From Corallochytrium limacisporum Hawaii (taxonomy: Eukaryota; Protista; Pluriformea): a DNA stretch of 64,000 nucleotides. The stretch is taken from positions 88,303 through 152,302 of the forward strand of contig PDIP01000089.1 in NCBI GenBank assembly GCA_002811645.1. Direction: 5' to 3'. This document shows, in pieces, positions 1 to 9,911 of the stretch; the first letter of the stretch is position 1; each line of letters begins with the position of its first letter. Under the pieces are notes generated by a model that was not told the origin of the DNA, did no database searches, and saw nothing but the letters and a program-made list of their open reading frames with translations. The position numbers were made by a program, and so were the translations under genes.

Positions 1-2
1 AA

Positions 3-101
3 GACGCCCGTTTGGGCGCAAAACGCAAGCGCCTCAAGAGCTTCTATCGTGAGATGGGCATGAAGGAGGAGAAAGCACGACAGAAAGTTCTCAACCAGTA
101 A
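3..101 (+). CDS. Probable 3' end of a gene entering from the left edge (product unknown)
   Basis: Open frame from the window edge reads DARLGAKRKRLKSFYREMGMKEEKARQKVLNQ-TAA, followed by A-rich 3'UTR-like sequence. Too short to identify. Confidence 0.35.
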   Translation, partial: DARLGAKRKRLKSFYREMGMKEEKARQKVLNQ

Positions 102-1003
102 AGACAAGATCCTTACGCGCGTTGCCTTCAAAAGAAATACAGACATGTTAGCAGAAAAGAAAAACCAAGACAATGACAAAGATCATCTTACATGCCATTA
201 GACGTCATCAACTCACTACTAGGGTCAGAGATGATGTCCGTGTGAGTAATACGCTGGCCATCTGCACTTTCGAGTTCACCTCCACGGCAGGCCGGCCCCA
301 GCTGTCGGTAGCGCGCTAGAGCCAAACGGAGCCGGCCCCCCCCCTCCCTCTCCGCTCCTGGTCCCAGGGACCCCCTTTTCCCCCAATCCCGGCCATTCGC
401 GTACCAAACAAAATTCCATGCTCAATGACCCGTACTTCGCCACCCTAATCCCACGGATTGATACTGAATACATGGCATTGAAACGAGGAGCCGGGCCCCT
501 CCGTCTCATTTTGGACAAGGCTCGACGTCTGTGCGCCTCCGGTGTCCTCGCCTGAATGGGGCGGTACAAGGGAGTGCCTGGCGGGGCGCGATGGTCGCGG
601 GCGGGGTAGCAAAACATTGCGGCACAGTTGGATCTCAGAGCCTGTAGGGACATGTTTTTATATCATTTATGGTTCTGGATGTGATGGATGAGTTATTGAA
701 GGTAATTGATGGAATTGATCTGCTTAACTTTGGTAGGGGAATGCTTTCTGTTATTCACGCGAGACCAGGCTCAGCCCTATTAGTTCGTGGTATGGACGTA
801 TTTTGATGAGCTGGTGCTTACGTTTGAGCGAAATAGCATAGAGAACTCAAGCCGATATAGAGCATGTGGTTAGAATCTTAGTGCAAATGGAATTTGGATC
901 AGCATAAGGAAGGCCTAGTTTGCCTGCGTAGAATATTTAGTCCATTATAGGAAGTGATCGGTCGGCAGTGCATAGAGAAAGTAACAAATTTGTACTCGTC
1001 ACC

Positions 1004-3664
1004 ATGTCGGGACCAAGTCCACTCAACGCGCTCAGCAATTTGGCACAGGACGTGGCCACTAGCATTGAGGGTGCGGCAGCAAAAATAAAGATCCTTGCAG
1101 ATGGACATGGCTCCAAACGTGCGGCCTCCGGTAGCGGGACAGAGCTCGGAGTGATGATGGACTCAGACTCGGACGCGGACAAATACATAGCTATGCGTCG
1201 TGTAACAGCCATGATGCTCCGGGGCGAAGACGTCATGCCCTACTTTGCACCGGTTGTAAAGAATACATTCCACCCGGCCGTGGAGATGAAGAAAATGGTG
1301 GCTATGTACCTGGCCCGCAACGCTTCCTCCGAACCGGATCTCGCGCTGTTGAGTATCAATGCATTTCAGAAGGACCTGAAGAGCAGCAATGCACTGCTTC
1401 GTGGGTCTTCGTTACGGGCACTGTGTGGTATTCAGCTCGAAGTGATCACTCCGCTGGTTATGCATTCATTGAAACAAGCATCTGCTGACATGAGCCCGTA
1501 TGTGAAGCAAATTGTAGCGCAGAGTCTGCCTCAGATGTACCGCCGCGATCCGGACGGAAACGAAGACACGGTCCTTGAAATTTTGCAGAAGTTGTTAGGT
1601 GATTTTAATCTAACCGTTCAGGGCAGCGCATTGGCGACGTGGTTGGATATTTGCCCAGCGCGGTGGGATTTTATTCATCCGATCTACAGCCGCCTGGTGC
1701 GGGCGCTACCAGACATGGATGAGTGGACGCAAATGACAGCGATGGTTGTGCTGATTCGGTATGCACGGACATTCTTTGCGAAGCCCGCAGGCTTCAATGC
1801 TGTGGAGCGAAAACTTCAGGGACTGAGCACTGAAGATGATGACATTGGTGAGATGACGCAAATGATGGGCACTATGAGCGCATTTGGTGAGAGTGCGGGA
1901 GGCGCCGTACCGGTCAATGTGCACAAGACTATGGAAGGTTTTTTCAGCGATGACGATAATGAGGATGAAAATGGTGTGACGCCAACAAAGAACAACGTCC
2001 CCGACTTGATTCTGCCGGGAAATGGTCAGAGTTCGATGTCCCCGACTCTTGGTGATGATGACGAAGAGGAAGACGACGAAGGGAACAGGAACGATGGCAT
2101 CGGTGCACTTGAGTCTCCAAGTGGCAGGGTGTCCAACGCTGAGGCGGACCAGGATCTGCAGCTTCTGCTCCGAAATTCTGTTTTCTTGACATATTCTATG
2201 AATCCTGGCGTGCTCCTTGCCGTGATTCAGCTCTACATGTACGTCGGAGGTCCCACGGAGCGTGCCCGGGTTGCACCGTTGCTGATGCGTCTCATGCGCC
2301 ATCATCGCGAGGTGCAGATCGTCGTGTTAGCCATCATTGAGAGAGTTATTCGCACTGATCATCAAGTCTTCCGTCCACACTTGCGCCGGTTCTTTGTCTT
2401 TGATGATGACAGTGAAGAAATGAAGCGGCGAAAGCTTCGCATTCTCATTCGGCTTGCCGACTCAACATCCATTAACATTTTGCTGAAGGAATTCCGAGCG
2501 TACACTCGGTTTGCGGATAAGGGTTTTGTCAAGGAGGCCATCATTGCTATCGGCCATTGCGCGATTCAGATCCCGGACGTTACGGAGGCCTGCGTGGCGT
2601 TCCTGGTCGGAAATTTGAATCAGGAGGCCGACGAAGTGATCGGGGAGAGCATTGTTGTACTGCGACGGTTGCTGCCGCTCATTGTCGGCACCCACAGCGA
2701 TGTAGTCGGCAAGTTGGCCACTATGGCAACGGAAATCAAACAGGCGAATGCTCGGGCGTGCGTGCTTTGGATGATGGGTGAGTACAATCATTTGGTACAA
2801 TCCATGGCTCCGGATGTGCTCCGCCTCTTTGCGAAGTCCTTCCCGGACGAAGAGCCCGTGGTGAAACTGCAAATTGTAAACTTGGCGGCTAAGATGCGCC
2901 TGGTACAGCCGGAGAAGATTGGCAAACTGTACATCTACATCATGGAACTAGCGAGGTACGACTCGAGTTATGATATTCGCGATCGCGCCAGAGTGCTGCG
3001 TGCATTGCTGGAGCAGCACGAAAGAGACAATCACGGGGCTCCGGAACAGGGGACGGCGGCTGCTGAGCCGGGTGCAGGAAACCACATCGATCCAGCGCGC
3101 CGGTTGCTTCTCAGTGCCAAACCGGTGCCAATGTCGAGCAGTCTGATTGTCAATGATCAAAGTTCAGACCCTATAGGAGAAAAGGGTGCATTCATGCTCG
3201 GTACCATGGCCGACGCACTGCACAGCACGACACCGGGCTACGTTGGACTGCCAGACTTCCCGGCCGAACACGATCCCGAGGCCATGCAGATGCGTCGCCA
3301 GGCCGCAGAGGAAGAGCGTCAGAAGGAGCAGGAGCGCCTTCTGCACGAGCGTAAGGCTGCAGAGGCTGCTGCACAGTCCCGAATCGGTACTCTGTCAACA
3401 GGAACAATGGGTCGCGGCTCCGGGTCTTCGTTTGGACAAGGCAGTGGCAGCTACGGCAATTTCTTTGACTCTTCGGACGAGTACGAGAGTGACGATTATG
3501 ATGAGGACGAGTCTGATGAGGAAGACTCGGACGAATCCGACGACGATGATGATGAGGACGATGATGATGACGATGAGTACGAGGACAGTGAGGATGAACT
3601 TCTCACCGATGAGGAGGACGAAGAGGACTCAGATGAGGACTCTGACAGGCCTATGATTCAGTAA
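1004..3664 (+). CDS. AP3B: AP-3 adaptor complex beta subunit (adaptin trunk plus acidic tail, no ear domain)
   Basis: Adaptin_N motifs EPDLALLSINAFQKDL, N-x-LLRGSSLRAL, DMSPYV, DMDEWTQ, LWMMGEY, APDVLR, KLQIVNLAAK and LARYDSSYDIRDRAR are typical of AP-3 beta. First ATG is at 1004 (accATG); the track start at 968 is GTG. Confidence 0.92.
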   Translation: MSGPSPLNALSNLAQDVATSIEGAAAKIKILADGHGSKRAASGSGTELGVMMDSDSDADKYIAMRRVTAMMLRGEDVMPYFAPVVKNTFHPAVEMKKMVAMYLARNASSEPDLALLSINAFQKDLKSSNALLRGSSLRALCGIQLEVITPLVMHSLKQASADMSPYVKQIVAQSLPQMYRRDPDGNEDTVLEILQKLLGDFNLTVQGSALATWLDICPARWDFIHPIYSRLVRALPDMDEWTQMTAMVVLIRYARTFFAKPAGFNAVERKLQGLSTEDDDIGEMTQMMGTMSAFGESAGGAVPVNVHKTMEGFFSDDDNEDENGVTPTKNNVPDLILPGNGQSSMSPTLGDDDEEEDDEGNRNDGIGALESPSGRVSNAEADQDLQLLLRNSVFLTYSMNPGVLLAVIQLYMYVGGPTERARVAPLLMRLMRHHREVQIVVLAIIERVIRTDHQVFRPHLRRFFVFDDDSEEMKRRKLRILIRLADSTSINILLKEFRAYTRFADKGFVKEAIIAIGHCAIQIPDVTEACVAFLVGNLNQEADEVIGESIVVLRRLLPLIVGTHSDVVGKLATMATEIKQANARACVLWMMGEYNHLVQSMAPDVLRLFAKSFPDEEPVVKLQIVNLAAKMRLVQPEKIGKLYIYIMELARYDSSYDIRDRARVLRALLEQHERDNHGAPEQGTAAAEPGAGNHIDPARRLLLSAKPVPMSSSLIVNDQSSDPIGEKGAFMLGTMADALHSTTPGYVGLPDFPAEHDPEAMQMRRQAAEEERQKEQERLLHERKAAEAAAQSRIGTLSTGTMGRGSGSSFGQGSGSYGNFFDSSDEYESDDYDEDESDEEDSDESDDDDDEDDDDDDEYEDSEDELLTDEEDEEDSDEDSDRPMIQ

Positions 3665-4677
3665 TATTTTCCCAGCAGGCCTGGTGTCCGTTTTCTTGAT
3701 TTTTAGCAAAATATTCCACATAAAGTGACTGAGGTGTCTCGAAAGATGCAATTGATTGTGACGGTGCGCGCGTGAGAGATAGCTCACAAGTTAGTTTGTT
3801 TGAATCTGGTCATAAGATTGAGGTGCATGTGGGTGGGAGAGGAAGCGAAAGAAGAATGAGTAAAACTTATACGTGGCATGCGAAGCATCCTTGGGCTGGT
3901 AGGTGTTCCCGGGATAGCTCACAGTGCCACGACTGATCTCGCGCACTCCATTTTAAACCAGGAGACATTTCCCGAGGGACTCTCCGGTTAGGTAAAAGAA
4001 CGCTGAGTTTTAATAGTTTAAATGGTTCTAAGTAAGTAAAGATCAGCGACAACAACCACTCAATGTTCCGTACACAGTCTGTTTTGAAATAGCTGCATTC
4101 AAAAACTCAGGGTTCAAAAGACAATTTTTCATATCTCCAAACAATAGAGAAAGGAGCCCCAGGTACACTGCATGCATGAAGGGTGAGTGAGTTGCCACCG
4201 ATTCCCCCTTCCCCAGGGACCACCTGCGGTGTTACCTCCCCTCTATCACAAATAACACACAACAAATTTCACACACAACCAGGACCAACAAAAAATTCTG
4301 CAATATATTTTGACGAAATTTTGCGTAGCAAAAGTGAGCGGCGGGGGAGTTCATTTGCAGTACATAATGCACTTGAACCATCTGAAGAACAGTTCCCAAT
4401 ACTAAATGTATGTCTGCCCTAGTTTCAGTATCGCCGCTGAATGGGTGCCACCTGTGAGCGCTGGTTATTGGAGACTTTCCAGTATAAACCTTGTCTTCAA
4501 CGCCCATCCAATAGTTTCGACATAACAAAAGTATGTACCAGAGAGAACTCCTATAGGAGTATTCACTATACAGCGAATGGTATTTGAGATCAGCACGTAC
4601 TAGTAACTACCCGCTCATAGTCCGTGCCATTGTGTTTCATATCTCGGGACTACACAAACTACGTACATTAAGCAATC

Positions 4678-5127
4678 ATGCCTGGTGCCACCGTCAAGGA
4701 CGTTACCCCCTCTGAGTTCATCACTGCCTACGCTGCTTTCCTGAAGCAGTCCGGCAAGATGGACGTTCCCGCCTGGGCTGAACTGTGCAAGACTGGCGTT
4801 AACAAGGAACTGGCCCCATACGACCGCGACTGGTTCTACATCCGCTCTGCTGCCGTGGCACGCCACGTCTACCTGAAGTCCAAGACCGGCAACCCTGCTG
4901 GTCTCGGTGTGGGCCGCATCTCTCGCATCTTTGGTTCCACTTTCCGCCGCGGTGTCCGCCCTGAGCACTTCCGCGCCGGATCCAAGTCCGTTGCCCGCCA
5001 CTCCCTTCACCAGCTCGAGAAGTGCGGTGTTGTCGAGAAGGCCCCCAACGGTGGTCGCCGTGTGACCGCTGAGGGTCAGCGCGATATGGACCGGATCGCC
5101 ACTCAGGTCCTGAACAGCCGCCAGTAG
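4678..5127 (+). CDS. RPS19: 40S ribosomal protein eS19
   Basis: MPGATVKDV, KELAPYDRDWFYIRSAAVARHVY and GRRVTAEGQRDMDRIA; strong codon bias. Confidence 0.98.
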   Translation: MPGATVKDVTPSEFITAYAAFLKQSGKMDVPAWAELCKTGVNKELAPYDRDWFYIRSAAVARHVYLKSKTGNPAGLGVGRISRIFGSTFRRGVRPEHFRAGSKSVARHSLHQLEKCGVVEKAPNGGRRVTAEGQRDMDRIATQVLNSRQ

Positions 5128-5524
5128 GTGGTGAGTCAAGGTCCCTCAGCATCGGGTTTTTGACAACATTTAATCATCTTCGCATAATCCTAGCATCTTT
5201 TAACATGTACCATCATCGTATTATGACATAGAAAATACCCATACGGTTGATCCTGGGGCTTATAAGCAAGGATCAAACTACCCACAATTCATTACAAACG
5301 GCTCCGGAGACTGAATCATCCATCGTGATCATTGCAGTCTCGTCCAGGAAGTCTAGTAAGTTTGCCATGTTCTTTACAAAACATGGGTAAATTGTCTTCC
5401 CCTTTTTCGTGTTTTGTGTTTGCTTAGCCGTGTATGAGATCATTTTGTAAAGAAGGCACGGTGAGTTTGATGTTGCATATGGATTTTCTTTTATTTTTAA
5501 AACGGGAACATGACGGACGAGCTC

Positions 5525-8500
5525 TTACTCCACAGTGGACCGAGTCGCGAGGTTTGGGACGGATGAACACATAAGTCCGATGTTCTCCAAGAATGACATC
5601 CACCGCGTCTTTTCGTCGGCATTGCGCATCATCATGTACAGCGTGCCCGTCTCCAGTTCGCCAGTGCACGGAGGCGTTCCGCTAGAACACTTCTTGTGGC
5701 AGGTAGTGCTGCACAGCTTACAACTGTATGCTGACTGTGTAATGCCGATCGCCTCAGCGCAGACTTTGCACCACTCAGATTTCAGGCCCTTGGAGACATG
5801 GTTGAGAACGTGACCGTTAACTTTGAGTGCGTTCTTTTCGTCGTTTCCATTAGTCAACAGGTTGCGGGTCTGCCCAGACTTCTTGGAGAAGAGGATGAGA
5901 ATAATCTTCTCCACGGCTGTCTTGTTGATGTGGATAAGATCAATGCGGGTAGCCTCGCGAACAAAGACAATATCCTGGATGTCAATAATTTGAGTCGGCT
6001 TGTGCGCTGTCTTGTGGTCGAGGTCATCGAAAATCATTAGGCTCCTGTTCGTAGCCACAGCATAGAATTTCTTCCAGCTGGACTTGTTCTTGGACTTGCC
6101 CTTGGGCAGTTTTACCCAGTCCTCGAGACGGTTTGAGCCATCGATGTTCTCAACACTCACGGCCAAGGAGCGCATGTTCATGTTCATGTCCAGATCAGAA
6201 GCCTCCGATATGTAGACATTTCCATTGCTTGATCCGGCATCGATGTCCTGGCTGCAACTCTTACTAGGAGGCATCAACAATGACATGGACGAGCCACCTC
6301 CGCGGGACACTTCGCCAGATTCGCGCAGACCAGGGGGACCCAGGCGCTTCGCAGACTCTACAATTTGGTGCTTCAGAGCCTCGTACCGCTTCTTGTAATC
6401 TGATGCTTCGGTTTGGGCAGCGTCCGCCATCATCTTGAGGTCGTTTCTTTCCTTCTCGGACCTGTTGAGAGCCATCTGCACAGTCTTGATCTCATACTTC
6501 AGTGTCTTGAGTTCCTTGGCTTGCTTCAAGGTGTCCCTGTTGAGCGGGCGCACAGCGGCAAGCTCGGCAATCTTGCGCACCGACTGCTGCTGCTTCTCCT
6601 TCTCAATCTTGAACTTGGATCGCAGTTCGCTCATCTCCGCTTGTGCATCTTCCAAGGACTTCTTCATGGTGTCCAGTTCAACTTGCAGTGTCTCGCGGGC
6701 AGCCTCCACGTCCTCAATTTCGGCTTTGAGCTCATCCTTATCGCTCTCAAGGTTGCGGATACTGCTCTGCAGATTGTCCACAACAATGTCCTTGTTGCTC
6801 ATTTCACTCTCCATCTTGTCAATTGTGGCGTTGAAGTCGGCAACCTTGGCATCGCGATCGGCAGTTAGGCTGGTAATTTCCTTCTCCAGGTTGGACAATT
6901 TTTTCTCCAGGTCGGGTACAACGGCAGCCTTCTCTCGCTCCGCGTCACGGACGGCCTCGAGGACGCTGACTTCCTTGCGGAGCTTCTCAAGCTCGTCAGC
7001 ATTGCCTGCCTTGGCCTTGGCCAAGTCGTCCTGGACCTTGCGCAAGGTGTCTGCAGCGGCGGCAGAGTTTTCGGCCATTTCGTCTTCGACGCTGCGCACA
7101 CGCTGGCGCAAATCTCCGATTTCCTCCTCTAACGAGTGCTTCTCGTTCTCAGATGCTCTTGCCGCTGCCTTGGAGGTGCTGAGCTCCTTGCGCAGGCGAT
7201 CCAGATCGCTCTGCAATTCCTGGACTTGCTCATGTGATTCCACGCTCGTGATTGTGGCCGCCTTCTGTGCAGAATCCAGCTCTCCGGACATGCTCTCGAG
7301 CTGAGCCTGCAGCTCGTCCGCACGAATCTTCTCCTTTTGAATGTCCGAACGCATGGCCTTGACACTATCTACGGCGGCTGCCTGGTCTTTGAAGGCCTTG
7401 TCAAGTTTCCGCTTCATGTCGCTCTTTTGGGACTCCAGGTCCAGAGCGCGGTTTTCCGCTTCAGTCTTCTCCTGGAAGATGTTGCGGCCTTTGGCCTTCT
7501 CCTCGCGGAGCTTCTCCTTCGTCTTTTCGAGCTCGTCTTTCACCTCCTCCTTGGTCATTCCGTCGTCGTCTCCGGCAGGTTTGGCGGTCTCCAGTTCCTC
7601 TTGCAGTTCTTTCACCCGCTTCTCCATCTGTTGGCGGGTCTGCGTCTCAGATTCAAGGGTCCGTTTTGCTTTCTTCAACTCCAGGTCGGCATTGGCATGG
7701 TCCTTCATCAGCGTAGCATTCTTAGACTGCAGCTCTTCGAAGAGCTTCTGGGAAGAGTCCTGCTGACGCTGTAGACGATCCAGATGCCGTTGTGCCGTGC
7801 GCTTCTCTCCCTCTAGAGCCATCTTGGCCATGGCCTCTGCTTCGTACTTGGCACGCCAGTCCACGCCCTCTTCATCTGGCAGACTGCTTGTGGACCCCTG
7901 GGATGTGACTTGCGGTAGTGCGTCACCGTTTGCGGGCACACTGACGGGAGTCACGGTCGCTGTTCCGTTTGCCTGTCCACAGCTGAAGGTGTCGTTCTTG
8001 ATGTAGGTGTAACCCACGAAAGGCAACTGGTTTCCAGCGAATCCCTTGGCTGGCAAGAACTCTTCACTTTCATTCTCATCGTCGAAGTCATCAAAATTGG
8101 AGGTGTCGTCATCGCTCTTGACTTCAGGGACGATGGGTGGGCTCATCTTGCGAATCCTATCCCAATCAATTCCGGTGAAGAAGCTGTGGTTCTTGAAATC
8201 AGCGGTGCCGTGGTGCCCAAGACGAACCTTACGGTCACAAAGTAGTGCACGGATCAGCTCCTTGCTGACGTCACTGACTTTCACTTCGGCCTCGGCATCA
8301 TTGAATTGTAGCTTGTTCTTGTGGTCCATAATGTTTGAGTACGTGCCCAGCAAATCATCAGAGTAGAACGGCGTCTCACCATAGTACATTTCGTACATGA
8401 TGATGCCGACGCTCCACCAATCAACTTCCCGCCCATATTCAATAGGCGCACCCTGGCTTTCAAGTACCTCAGGACTAATGTAGTCAGGAGTACCGACGGC

Positions 8501-9208
8501 CGCAGACGACTTGATCAAACCGCGTTCATCAAGCTTCACGGCAGAACCGAAATCTGTAATCCTCAAGTGACCCGTCCGGTCAAGAAGAAGATTGTCTGGC
8601 TTCACATCTCGGTGGACGTATCCCATCTCGTGAATATGATTTATGGCGCAAATGGTCTCTGCAATGTAGAAGCGAACCCAGTCTTCCGTGAAGGTAAACT
8701 TGCACATCAAGGTGACCAAATCACCGCCCGGCATGTATTCCATGCAGAGATACAAGAATTTTTCGTCATGGAATGCGTAGTGCAGGCCAATCGTCCAATG
8801 GCTGTTACTGAAGGCTAGGATGTCACGCTCAGCCCAGTACAGCGCAGTCTCTGATTTTTGCAACATGACAGCCTTATTGAGCAGCTTCATGGCGTAGACT
8901 TTCTTGTTCTCATTGTGCCTAACAACATGAACCTCACCAAAGGCACCACGGCCGATTACCTTGAGCAGTTCAAAGTCACGGCGGCCTACCCGATTCTCAA
9001 GCATACGTCCGTAGTGATCCTTATAGTTTTCGCAAAACATTTGTACTGGTTGCAGCTTCTGTAAAGCAGGAACCTGCAGCTCCTTGTACAGAGCCCAGAG
9101 GGCGTCCATAAGAGAGTCCATGTAAATTTTGGAGTCCTTGCGGGTCGCAACCTCTTGGAACAGGGTTCCCACCCTGGCATCCAATGCACTCGCCTTTGTC
9201 GGTGCCAT
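5525..9208 (-). CDS. ROCK: Rho-associated coiled-coil protein kinase
   Basis: AGC kinase (IGRGAFGEV, HRDVKPDN, DFG, AVGTPDYISPEVL), AGC C-tail (DDTSNFDD, FAGNQLPFVGYTY), long coiled coil, RBD-like QQSVRKIAEL, and a split PH domain with an inserted C1 finger (H...CKVC...CKLC...CHKKC...PC). First ATG is 9208; the track start at 9247 is TTG. Confidence 0.93.
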   Translation of the reverse strand: MAPTKASALDARVGTLFQEVATRKDSKIYMDSLMDALWALYKELQVPALQKLQPVQMFCENYKDHYGRMLENRVGRRDFELLKVIGRGAFGEVHVVRHNENKKVYAMKLLNKAVMLQKSETALYWAERDILAFSNSHWTIGLHYAFHDEKFLYLCMEYMPGGDLVTLMCKFTFTEDWVRFYIAETICAINHIHEMGYVHRDVKPDNLLLDRTGHLRITDFGSAVKLDERGLIKSSAAVGTPDYISPEVLESQGAPIEYGREVDWWSVGIIMYEMYYGETPFYSDDLLGTYSNIMDHKNKLQFNDAEAEVKVSDVSKELIRALLCDRKVRLGHHGTADFKNHSFFTGIDWDRIRKMSPPIVPEVKSDDDTSNFDDFDDENESEEFLPAKGFAGNQLPFVGYTYIKNDTFSCGQANGTATVTPVSVPANGDALPQVTSQGSTSSLPDEEGVDWRAKYEAEAMAKMALEGEKRTAQRHLDRLQRQQDSSQKLFEELQSKNATLMKDHANADLELKKAKRTLESETQTRQQMEKRVKELQEELETAKPAGDDDGMTKEEVKDELEKTKEKLREEKAKGRNIFQEKTEAENRALDLESQKSDMKRKLDKAFKDQAAAVDSVKAMRSDIQKEKIRADELQAQLESMSGELDSAQKAATITSVESHEQVQELQSDLDRLRKELSTSKAAARASENEKHSLEEEIGDLRQRVRSVEDEMAENSAAAADTLRKVQDDLAKAKAGNADELEKLRKEVSVLEAVRDAEREKAAVVPDLEKKLSNLEKEITSLTADRDAKVADFNATIDKMESEMSNKDIVVDNLQSSIRNLESDKDELKAEIEDVEAARETLQVELDTMKKSLEDAQAEMSELRSKFKIEKEKQQQSVRKIAELAAVRPLNRDTLKQAKELKTLKYEIKTVQMALNRSEKERNDLKMMADAAQTEASDYKKRYEALKHQIVESAKRLGPPGLRESGEVSRGGGSSMSLLMPPSKSCSQDIDAGSSNGNVYISEASDLDMNMNMRSLAVSVENIDGSNRLEDWVKLPKGKSKNKSSWKKFYAVATNRSLMIFDDLDHKTAHKPTQIIDIQDIVFVREATRIDLIHINKTAVEKIILILFSKKSGQTRNLLTNGNDEKNALKVNGHVLNHVSKGLKSEWCKVCAEAIGITQSAYSCKLCSTTCHKKCSSGTPPCTGELETGTLYMMMRNADEKTRWMSFLENIGLMCSSVPNLATRSTVE

Positions 9209-9899
9209 TGTGTTCTGATTTCTGTTCTTTAGTATGCCAGTCCCCAAGGCTTCTCTAGCAGTCCTCTATTTGCATATCACGGCAAATGCCCTTTCCTTGC
9301 GCGTCCGGACGACGTTATGTACTGACTTGAAAAAGGCGCCAACAGTGCTTCGTTCCCGTCTGTATTCTTGCAGTTCGGAAGATTATTCTGCGGAATCCGC
9401 TCAAACTTCAACTAGAGTACAAACACCGATTCGGTTTGTTACTATACTTCCGATGTAATCTGGCCTTTGGAAGCCGATTTTTCCCATGATATCACTAGCC
9501 TTTCGTCACCCAGGAAAGAGGTCAATGGTTCCCAAGTACCAACCGGGTTGAAGGATCACTGTAATTGTGTTTGCTATATGTCCACGACGAAACAACGAAA
9601 TGTCTCCACTGCTTAAACATAATACTGTGTATGAGTTTCCAGAAGGAACACGACCAATTTTTCTTCGCTCTTGTCGGTTTTTTTTTGTTTTCATTTGTCC
9701 AATGATCCTCCTCGTCCGAATGGTTCAGTGTCATTCCCCGCTCTCTCTCTCTCTGCCCCTCCGGTGCCCGACCGTTCCGAAAAGGGGAGCGGGGGGGTGG
9801 CAGAACTGGTCGGACTGAGACCCCTCCCCCAACCCGTTCCCTTCCGTTCTTTCGGGCGCGAAGTTTCGGGCCCAAGTGTTGCCTTGAGTCGCGCCCACC

Positions 9900-9911
9900 T
9901 TTGGCGGGAAA
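9900..9911. promoter_or_regulatory. E2F-consensus site TTTGGCGGGAAA about 690 bp upstream of the ROCK ATG
   Basis: Exact match to the overlapping E2F consensus (TTTSSCGS on both strands). Function not demonstrated. Confidence 0.35.

Noticed and set aside
3661-3678. GT...CAG across the AP3B stop as a micro-intron that might extend the protein
   Set aside because: Only 15-18 nt long, and the downstream sequence does not resemble an adaptin ear.
6435-7774. Ser-rich plus-strand ORFs opposite the ROCK coiled coil; similar ORFs at 14425-15252, 32484-33284 and 33330-34223
   Set aside because: Antisense shadows of well-supported genes.
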